Under the pieces are notes generated by a model. The model was given only the letters and a program-made list of their open reading frames with translations, was not told where the DNA came from and made no database searches. DNA of 64,000 nucleotides from a virus. Every line of letters begins with the position of its first letter. The first letter of the stretch is position 1. Where the stretch lies: the IMG/VR virus record IMGVR_UViG_3300029266_001112, positions 6,972 through 70,971 of that record; one strand, written 5' to 3'. The position numbers and the translations under genes were made by a program. Below, piece after piece: positions 30,001-42,000 of the stretch.

Positions 30001-33000
30001 AGTGGTAATTTCAGTATTGCTATTGGGCAAGGAAATCAGGTAACTGGGACTAATTCTATAGCAATTGGTCCAAGCGGAAATGTTATTGGCGGTACTAACT
30101 CAGTTGGTATCGGTGTTAATCATAACATCAGCGGTTCTTACAACTTCGGTTTTGGTGATGGTACAATATTTAATAGTACCACAAATTTATCATTCGCTTT
30201 TGGTAAAAATGTAGAGGTCGGTGGTGACTATTCGTTTGGTATCAATTTAGGTACTGGTGCGGGCGCAAGTGCGTTTATACCAATTCCAAACAATCACGAC
30301 AACTTCATGTCAATCCAAAATGGTAACGTAACAATTGGTAGTGATTCTGATCTTACCAGAATGGCAACACCCGTATCAAGTGGAACTGGTAATCTTTATG
30401 TAACTGGTGACTTAATTTATAGCGGAACAAGTCTCAAACTGACTCCAGATGGAACATTAATACAATCTTCTCCTTGGGAAGATGATGGAACTCGAATTAC
30501 ATACACAAACGGTGGCAAACCTATTGGTATGCACGTTTCACTTCCAAACACTCCAATTGAGGCAGCAGGCGACAGAGGTTTCATATTCAGAGGTCAATAT
30601 AGTGGAGCATATAATACTGATATAAGTGAAGGCGCATCATTCTTTGACTCTGCTGGTGGGACTACCACAAGTTTCTCTAATTTTGCTGCTAATGTAAGTT
30701 TAATGGGTTACTATCCCAAGGGTGGTATATTCAGAGTTGGTTTAATAAATGTTGCAGATCACCGCAACGACTCTATGGGTGCACATTCTATTGGGATGGG
30801 TTACCATAATAAAGTTAATGCTGATTATGGTGTAGCATTAGGAGGAAATACTACAAAAGTTATTGGTAGATATTCTATTGGTTTGGGTGGTAATCTGAAC
30901 GAAGTAACTGGCGAATTTAGCACTGCTTTGAACGGTACTGGCACTAAAGTAAAAGGTAATTATAGTCTTGCTCTTGGTGGACAAGGTACTACAATTGTTG
31001 GCAATAATAGTGTATCTTTGTCTGGTGGTGGTACTGCAAACTATATCAAAGGTGCCAACACTTTCTTAATAGGTTTTGGAAACAAAGATTCTGCTGCCGA
31101 CAATGGGACTGCCTCTGGAAGTCCATCATCTGGGACACCATATAAAAACTTCTTTGTTGGATTTGACAATATTGTCGATTCAAATTCACATAACATCAGA
31201 GAGAATTTTGTTTTTGGTGAAGGCAATAAAATTGCTACTACAAACGGTAAAGGTAACTTTATCATTGGTAGGGATGTTGTTCTTACTGGAAGTCAATCTA
31301 ATCAAATAATTCTCAGCAACCCTACAAATGATTCTACTGGAGTTGATAATACTAAAGTTGCAATTGGTAAACATCACGCTGAATATGCACTGGATATTAG
31401 AGGAACTATTAGAGTTGGTGGTGACGGAGTTTATCGTGGCGACTCGTTTGATAGTCACGAATCATCAATTATTATCAACGATCAAGACATTAGAGATTAT
31501 ATTAAAGGTGTCGATCCAACAAACGCTGCTATCGTAATTGAGCAACCAAATATTGCATTGCCAACAGCAACTGTTGTAAACATTGAACAATCTAATCCAG
31601 CAGTTTTGGTAATACGCAATACGAATGGTATTTTGACTGATGGTAAAACTGTCAAGTTTGATCTGCCAAGTTTAACTCAAATCGGTCAATTCTTAAATGA
31701 CTCTATATTTGCTGTATCACCTGTTGTTGGTGGTCTTGGTGATAGTTTCTTATTATATGATGGTGCAACATATGCAGATGCAGCAACTCGTGTAGCAGTT
31801 AATACAATAAAAGGTACAACTCGTCAAAAGGGTGGTGGACTTGGTATTACTCTGGGTACTGCAAATCCATACGTATATGGTACAACTGGAACGCAATACG
31901 ATTCAGCACAGTTTGATGCTGCTGGTGCAACTCCAACGGCAGAAATAGAGTTCGGTCAATACCTAGCACTCAAAAATCTTCCTATAGTTAGTGGTGGTGG
32001 ATCAGCGCCAGCACCTTCTCGTTTTAAAACAACTGTTATCATGGATTCAGATTTAATTGTTGCAGGTACAGTAACACTTAATGATTCCGCATTTATTGGT
32101 AAAGATTTAGTTGTAGGTGGTAATCTTGATCTTACCACTGGTTACATGAAAACTGGTGGATACTTAGACGTAAATACTTATGGTATATTTGGAGATTCTG
32201 TCACAATTGGCGGTAATCTATCTGGTGTCAAGGTATTCACTAGCACCGACAGTATGACTGTTGGTGGCAATTTAACTGTTGCAGGTTCAATTACTGGAGC
32301 AACAAATTACGTTGGTTCGGATAGCATGACTATTGGTGGCGATCTTACGGTTGCTGGTGCAGTCTCTGGTGTGACAACCTATGTTGGTGCTGACAGTATG
32401 ACTGTTGGTGGTGGTTTAGTTGTAACTAAAACTGTAGTTACTGGCACTCATATCACTGGTGGTGGCGATCTTACGGTTGCTGGTGCAGTTAGTGGTGTGA
32501 CAACGCTTGTATCAAGTGACAGCGCCATTGTAGGTGGCAACTTAACGGTTGCTGGTGCAGTTAGTGGTGTGACAACGCTTGTATCAAGTGACAGCGCCAT
32601 CATTGGTGGCAACTTAACTATCGGTGGTGGTTTGAGTGGAATAACTTCCTTGACTGCCTCTGGACCAATAACCTTTGCGGATAGTATTCGTATAGGTGGT
32701 TCGGTTAGATGGTTAGATAATTCGGATGACGATAGTTTCTATATCGGTAATCTTAGTTTTGATAGTTACGTTCTACGTCCTGGAAGTCAAATTCTTGGGG
32801 CAGTTTTAGATTACTTCGATACTGACTATGTTCAGCAGAGAGTTGACTCATTTAACAGTTGGCAGATTTATCCAGACGCTATTGTTTACAATCCAAGTGA
32901 TAAACATAAAGTTGTTGCCATTGGGATAACCAACAACCAAGCATGGACAGGTTGGAACCCATCTTTGAATGGTGGCGGCAATGCTGCATATTCACATCAT

Positions 33001-36000
33001 TTATTGAAAACTGGTACTACCTTTTCTGATGTAACTGACGATAGTGCAATTACACTTGCTTCTTATAACAGTAGACACACAAACTTTAGTAGTGGACTTG
33101 GCGATTCAGTAGGACTTGATATCCAAGGTAAAATCAATATCAGAACTGCGGATGTAAACGGTGATGATTATATTACTAATCCACCAATCACATTTAGTGG
33201 TAATGGAACTACGTCAACGGCATGGCCAAACCCACCATGGTTGCGGCAAACTGGTTATATCGACCAACCATACGTCAGAGCGCAATTAGATGGTCAGTTC
33301 CTTCTTGACTTATTTCAACAAGACGCATCAACAGCAGCAAATTCTAAAGAGTTCTTTAGAGGTATGCTTGATTCCGCATATATCATTAGTATTTGGGATT
33401 CCGATTACTATTGGAAGCATGACAGTTTTAACGCAGTTTATATCGGTGCGCCAGGACAACTCTATGATGGAACTGCTGCTAATGGATTCTATTATGACGG
33501 TAATATAAAACTTGCTATCAACAAAAGAGGTGACTCATCAGAATATAATCTTGATCTTCGTGGAGATGCTAGATTTGAAAAGAACCTTGTAGTTGAAGAT
33601 AGTATAACTATGATCGGTAACTTATCTGGTGTTGTCAACTTGGCAATGTCAGGCGCTATTGGAACTGCCACTACATTCAAATCTACAGATAGTATGACAA
33701 TCGGCGGCGATCTTACTATAGTAGGATCAATTACTGGAGCAACAAATTACGTTGGTTCAGATAGCATGATTATTGGTGGCGATCTTACGGTTGCTGGTGC
33801 AGTAACTGGAGTCACTAGATTTGTCACATCAGATAGTGCAATTATTGGTGGTAGTCTCAAAGTAGAAAGTGACCTAACTATTGGTGGTGGTTTGACCAGT
33901 TCATCATTCTTCAATATTGACTCTTTTGTTAATATTGGTGGTGCTGTTAAACTTGGTTCATTCAATGGGCGCGATTCTCACCTTGGATTGGGTGTTTATG
34001 ATGCTAGTCAAATAAAAGGAAAAAATGGTCTATATGTTGGCGATAGCACTCATTTAAGAGGCGGTCTAAAAGTTCTTGGACATGATAATGTTCTTCAAGA
34101 AGCATATACCTTTACTATTGATAGTGCTTATTTGCAGACTAAGCAAACAGTTACTATGAATAATACTCAAATCCAAAACGCATTTGGACCTAATGATGCA
34201 GACTCTCATGTCACACTAGCATTTACAGATTCTCCTGACTTCGATTTCCTAAAAATTAAAAGAACCACTGTTGGTGGTGTAACAACACTATTGCTAAAAG
34301 GTGTTGACTATGATTCAATCGGAAACAGAACTCTCTTTGATTCCTCACAATATGGATATGGTTCACCGTCACATAACTTGGTGACGAATGCAAACAAACT
34401 TAAAAATGTTTATATCAAAGAACCATCACTATTAGCAACAGACACTTCTATCGTTGGTGAAGAAATTGTTGCCATAGCAGATTCCAACGGCAAAAAATCA
34501 ATTATCATTGGTAGTCAGATTATTAGTCTTGCTGGACATGCTGTCCCGAAAGATTCTAATAAGTTCTCAGATGCTGGTGATTCAATTCAAGTTAATGCTG
34601 GTCTGGCACTTTATGGTGTTACTGATCCAATCGTTAAACTAAGAGCAGCAGATGGAACATTAAAAGGTCAACTGCTAAAAGATCGTGATTTTACGATTGT
34701 AGATTCTTATCAAATAAGAGTATTCACGGATATCGCAATTACTCCTGGTTTATTCCCAACTAATTATGGCACTAACGATTCATCATTTTTGATCCTTGGT
34801 GATAAAATTGATATTCAAGATAGAACTCCAAAACTCACAAGTAAATCTGACTTTGTTGGTCCAACAAATTTATATGGTCATGTTACACTTGGCAATTACG
34901 ATATGGCAAATGCTGCCTATCCAGGATATCCACATACTGGTTCTAAATTAACGACCCATGATAGTTTCATTATTAAAGGTGGTATGCACTTTGAAAGCAG
35001 TGGCGATCCAGTAATAAGAAACAAAATACAATTTGATGGTGATGTTCATGTAGACTCTGGAAAGACTTGGTTCTTCGGACCTAAGAAAACTCTTACTCAC
35101 TCAATTCCTGCTGATCTTAATTACAGATTTGAGTCTGATGGTGTAGGTACTGCAACCGTTCCAGCAAGGATTGAATCTGATGGTGGTCCGAATATAGCGA
35201 ATAGTTTTGCTCAAGGAACACCAATTGGAACTGAGGCAGCAAAACATCATATCAATACCACAGATGGGTATGGACATTTTAGTAGCATTGTTGCAAAAAC
35301 CACATTTGATTCTCATCTTGCAATTACAATGGACTCGCACATTGTTGCCAATGTAAGAATAAATACTGATCCTCTCACATTAAATGCTGTAAGTATGACT
35401 GCTAATGATCTTATCATTAGACCTGGAAAAACTATGTTTTATGGCACTCAGCGCCAAAGAGCATTTAAATTCTTAAAGCACGATAGTGATGGTGTCGGAG
35501 GATTGTTAAATAAATTCGAATCTGATGGTACTTTCAATGGTACTTTGAGGATGAATGGTGCAACACCATATGCTGATAGCGCATTAAACCCGCGTAGACA
35601 TTATCATCAAGGTGATTCTGACTTTAGACTTACTTTAGATTCCCACATAGTTGAGATTCTACAAAGTCCACCTTTGCCAGAAATGAATTTTACTGTTCCA
35701 GTTAATTTTAGTAAAAACGCAATATATGGTGGTACTGCCACATTTAACGATTCTGCTGTATTTAACGGAAACTTTACTTTAAATACTGGTAACTTTACTC
35801 TTGATTCAACTTCGGTAATGACCGTTGGACCACCAGTATATTATTATAAGTATGAGTCTGATGGCACTGGCGCTGGCACGAAAACCACTCATGGTTTGGA
35901 TGTTAAAAATGTTTACCCCGATGGTCAACTTTATACTCGTTTTCAACATTTCTTTGATCGAAGTGCAACACATTTCCAAACATTCAACAGTACAAAATCT

Positions 36001-39000
36001 GATGCTCAAAATGTAGTTTACAAATATGAATCAGACGGTTCACCAATATTTGGCGGCAAAGGACGAACAACACCAAATGGTGTTCTACATCATGCTCAAA
36101 CGGATAGTTTTGGCACAGTTTCTAATACAGGACACCTAAGACATACAAGTCGAATCGCATTAGATTCCCATATTGTAAGAATTATTGATTCCGACTTTAT
36201 TGGTGTTAGACTCCAAACTCCTTGGAAAATTATTAATGCCACAGCAGGCGTTACTAAGAAAATCTTTTATGATGAGCAAGGTGCGGTCATTATTGGTCCA
36301 CAAAACCTTCTTGCTGCGGATGACACTGATACTAGACTTGTTCTTGATTCTGGTAACGTATTATTCTTGTCGAATAATTTCCAGACAGGCGTAACAATTG
36401 GTGATGCTGATATTGATCCTATTGAACGTGGTAATATTGTTAATAAGGGTGCTGAAGGCAGACTTATGTGGATACCACAAAGAGGTGCATTTAGAGTAGG
36501 TGCACTTGATCTTTCTGGTAGATCGAACGATTGGAAAGATAGTAATGTAGGTTACCAATCTATTGCTATCGGTAATAACACTAAAGCAGCACATTATTCA
36601 ACAGCAATTGGTTATAATGTAATAACTGGTAAAGTTAAAGAGCAGTCAGTCGGTGCTTCTAAGAATAATAATTATTCTGTTGGTATAGGTCAAGGTATAA
36701 CTCAAGAGCAACGAAATAGTGTTGCTATAGGTCTTGGAATTCATTCAACACCAGTTTCTCTCAACCAAGTTTATAACAAAACAAACATCGTAAACATTGG
36801 TCATACTATTTACTCTGCTGGTAATAACAACACTTCAATTGGTTATAGAATTGTAGCGGGTAAAACCACAATTACACCTCTACCCAATGATGGTAGTGCA
36901 AATGATCTTACCCAAATTGGTAGAGACCTTATTGCTGGAACAACATCTGATAGATCAGTAAGTATTGGTTACAAAAACAAAGTAGAGAGTCGAGATACTC
37001 TTGCAATCGGTGATGATGTAAATGTACAGACCAGTTCAACAAATGGTGTTGGCATAGGTAAAACCGTCAAAGTAAAAGGTAGTGGCGTAGCATTAGGTAG
37101 AAATGTACAAGTAAAATCTGGTACTGGTGTTATTGTAGGTAAAGACGCCTCTGTAAGTGGCACTAATAGTGTATTTGTCGGTTCAAGTGGTGGTACTACT
37201 AACGGTGGTGTTGCTGTCGGTAAATCGGTATATGCGTCAAACAATGCTGTTGCTATTGGTAAAAATTCAAAAGCAGTAAATTCAAATGCACTCGCATTTG
37301 GGCAGAATGTTCAATCAGGGTCTGGCGGCATTGCGATTGGTTCTACTCTTGTTGGTAGAACTGGATCGGTACTCATAGGTAAAAGTGGTACTCAAACTGG
37401 TAACTATGCAGTATCTGTAGGTTCTGGTCTTACAAGTAGCACTGGTAGTGTCGCTTTGGGTGCTAATGTAAATAGTGGATCGTATAGTGTAGCGATGGGT
37501 AAGGGTAACACCTCTGGTAGTTATGCAGTTTCTATAGGTATGGGTGTTACTGCTGGTTCTTATGGCGTAGCAATTGGTCTCAACAACACAGCGTCAAACT
37601 ATGGTGTTTCAATCGGTAAAGGTAACACCGCAGGAACTATGTCGATAGTTATTGGTAGGGACAACGTAGCAAATTCTGGAACATCAGCAGAACCTGGCGT
37701 TACTGTGGGTGTATCTAACACTAACAACACTCGCGCAAATATATTTGGTGCATCTAATACTGGAAATAATGACGTATCAATATACGGTAGCACAAACAGC
37801 GGTAGTAACAGTTCAACCAATAATACACGATATGCGCTCATATACGGACATGGGAACACAATATCATCATATAATGGTTTGGTGTATGGTAAAAATAATA
37901 CCGTTTTACGAAATGGTATGGCATATGGTTCTGGTAATGATGCCAAAAATGAAGGTATTACATTTGGTTACGATAATGAAGCAAACATGTTGTCAGCAAA
38001 TACTGCTTACCATTCATTTGCATTTGGTCGAGGAAATACTGTTGATAGAAATGCGCTGGCATTTGGTAGAGATAATGTTGCGGATAATCAAGGTATTGCG
38101 TTTGGTAGAAATGCAACTGCAACTGGAGTTGCCAGCGGTGATGGTGGAATTTCAATAGGTAGAAATGTTTCTTCCTTTGGTCCTAATGCAATGGCAATCG
38201 GAACTAATATTGTTGTTGGATCAGCAGCAGCAACCGCAACAAATAGTATTGGTATTGGACTTGGAACAACATCTAATACTGTAAGTACTAATAATACACT
38301 GTCTATTCAAGGTGGTCAAGTTGTAATTGAACAAGATCAAGTAAATATTGTTCCAGCAACTGCAAGTATAGTTAAAACTGAAGGTGCATATGGCGCTGGA
38401 TTGAATGTAACTTGCACAAAATTAAATGAAAATGGTAGAGCAGGAACTAAGTACGGTCTTGAAGTAAACGGTCCAATTAATGTTAATGGTACTGATGCTT
38501 CTGGAAACCTGCACGATATCTATATTCAAGGTATGAGACTTTACAACTATATCAGATATTATGGTGCAGATAGTGCTTGGATTTTAAGCGCAGCAGATCA
38601 TGATTATGTTAAAAGTATTGTAACAAAAGAATATATTAGAGCAACATCAACTAGTGACACATTTTTCCAAAAAAGCACTAGTGCTGGTTCTGCACATCTT
38701 GTGTATAATGGTGGTGCTGGGTCGTTTGTAGGTATCAATCTAAGTAATAGTGGAACAAGTAATACTCCTGGTTATCTAAGATATGGTCTCGACTCTGCTG
38801 GAATATATAAAACAAACGTCGATTATACTTTAGATGTTAATGGTAATCTCAATGTTGAGGGATTGACATATCAAGGTGATATTATACTTCCAACTGGAGG
38901 ACTCGATAGTAGTGTCTATCTAAATCATTATACAAATAATATTGTATATAATATTGCTGCCGACTCCGCACAAGTGTTCTTCGATTCCAATTATGTTCAA

Positions 39001-42000
39001 GCAAGAGGTGCATTTGGCGGTCAAACTGGAAACACTAATGATTCCGATTATGTTTTCAAGATGATCGATCAAGAATACATCGACAACACTATCACAAAAG
39101 TCTGGCCAGATTCTAATTATGTTCATGGCAGCATTGACAGTTCTGTTGGTAATAGTATTATTGCCTTTAGAGTTAAGCATATTCTTGCTAAACATGGTGA
39201 CTTTGCACAATCAGAAAATGCAGCAGACGCAGCATCAGGTAGAGGTGAAGCACAATTTACCAACCCAACTTTCTGGGAACCATCGTTTGGAACTAAGGTC
39301 GGTATCGGCAAAATAACCCACAATCATTGGGATTCTAATCCTTCAAGAAGTGGTGTTCTAACAAATCTTAGATCAGTTGGTCAAACTACTGTGGTTGCTG
39401 GCGCTCCAGTTATTGATACATTAGGTACAACTACTGCAAGTTTAACTCATGGCATAGGTCTTGCTGTTGGTGGTAAAGTTGTCATCCATGGCACACAAGA
39501 ACCAGTTACTGGTGCACAAGAAAGACCTGCACTTGAAATCTTTAATGGTCACATAGAAGTAAATGGTGAAAAACTAGAACTCAAGAGTCCATGGATAGAA
39601 GGTCCATCATATGTAAATTACAAACCCATAAGCAAGTTTATCGGTGTGGGTCAAGTTGCACCAAACTTCAACTTTGATGTTGCTGGTAAAATAAATGCAG
39701 ATAGTGGTTTATTCGTCAATGGAATTGATATCAAAAATATTTACGATTCTGCATGGATATTGAGCGCAACTGATGAAACTTACATTAAAGGGATAGCAGA
39801 TTCTGATTATATCCTAACAACATTGAATGCAACTAAGCATATTCTCCCAGAACTAGATATTAGTTATGATCTTGGTAGTCCTACTCAAAGATTTAGAGAT
39901 TTGTATTTGAGCAGCAATTCGATCAAACTTGGTGATGTAACTATAAATTCGGGTCCAACTGGTCTCGCACTCTCTGATAGTGCTGGAAATCTTCTAAAGT
40001 TTGGCGGCATTGATTCTGATGCGATTGCTGGATTTGTTGATAGTGATTATGTCAAATCTAGGGCAGACTCTGCATATGTACAATCTATAATTACACCTGT
40101 CTTTATCAAAACTATTGCAGACTCTGCATATGTTAAGTTGCTGGCAGACTCTGATTATATCAAAACATCAGCAGATTCCGATTACATCAAGTTAGTAGCA
40201 GATTCTGATTATGTTAAAAGTGCTGCTGACAGCGCACATATTTTGGGAATAGCAGATTCTGCTTGGATTACTTCTATTGCCGATAGCGCATATGTTTTAG
40301 GTATAGCAGATTCAGCGTATGTAACAACAGTCATTGATGCAAAACTTGCAGCAACTGGTCACATTATTCCTGCGTTAGATAGCGCATTTGATCTTGGTAG
40401 CGTAACTCATAAATTTAAAGACTTGTTCCTAAGTGGTAGTACGATCAATCTTGGTGGTACAAAATTAAAATCAACTAGTAACGGTGTAGAGATTTCTGAT
40501 AGTGCTGGAAATAAATCAAAAGTATTGGGTGTTGACTCATCTGCAACTGGGTCATTTATTGACAGTGCTTATATTAGGAATAAAGCAGACAGTTCATATA
40601 TCTTAGGAATAGCAGATTCTGCTTGGATTACTTCTATTGCTGATAGTGCTTATATTAAAGGTATCGCAGATTCTGATTACATCAAGTTATTAGCAGATTC
40701 TGATTACATCAAGTTAGTAGCAGATTCTGATTATATCAAAACTGCTGCTGATAGCGCATATATCCAAGGATTTATTTCCACACCATACATAAAAGGTATA
40801 ATAGACTCAGCGCATATTAATCCAATCACTGGTATTGGTACTAGAACTATAGACTTTGGTGCCAATAAGATTTATTATAATAACACTTTTGCACAAACTG
40901 CTCAATTACCAAGTGCTACAACATACAAAGGGATGTTTGTATGGGATAACCAAGCACAACTTCCAAAGATTGCCGTTGGTGGAAATTGGATGGAATTGGC
41001 AAGGGCAACTGATGTTAGAGCAATTGCAGACAGTGCAGCAGCAGCATTAGTCAATTTGGCACCATCAACATTGAATACCCTGAATGAATTAGCAGCAGCA
41101 GTGGGTGATGACGCTAATTTCTCAACTACTATAACAACTAGTATTGCTGAGAAATTACCCCTTGCTGGTGGTACGATGACAGGCGCTATTGACATGGGTG
41201 CCAATAATATTACCACAACTGGTAAAATGCTTTATTCAAATGTATATGCTACAGAAGGCGATCTTCCAAGTGCAGGATCTTATCATGGTATGTTTGCTCA
41301 TGTGCATGGCACAACTCGCGCATATTATGCTCATGCTGGAAATTGGATAACATTGGCAAATCTGTCAGACGCTTCGACAGATAGCGCAACAATTACTAAT
41401 CTTATTGACAGTGCTTATGTAGCAGCAAGAACTACTGCTGGTACTGATAGCGCATCCATTGTTAATATGATTGATAGTGCTTATGTAGCAGCAAGAAGTT
41501 CTGGTGGTGGTAGTTACACTTCAACTATTACTCCTTATCATTATGTTTCAACTGCAAATCAAACAGTGTTTACTGGTGCTGACGCTACGGGCGATACACT
41601 ATCATATAGTGCAAATTCTGTAAATGTTTATGTGAATGGTATCAATCTTTTAAAAGCAATTGATTATACCACCAATGGTGCTGGAACCACAATTACTCTA
41701 TTATCTGGCACAAATGTTGCAGATGATGTTGTCATAAATGCTCTAAGTCAAGTTGGTGCATCTGATGCAACAATAGCATCTGCTGTTAGTTTAACTATCG
41801 ACAGTGCTTACATAGCAGCAAGAACTACTGCTGGTACTGATAGTGCATCAATTATTAACATGATTGACAGTGCTTACGTAGCAGCAAGAACTACTGCTGG
41901 CACCGACAGTGCATCCATTGTTAATATGATTGATAGTGCTTATGTTGCGGCAAGAACTTCTGGTGGACTAACAATTTCTGATAATCCTCCAGCGGCACCA

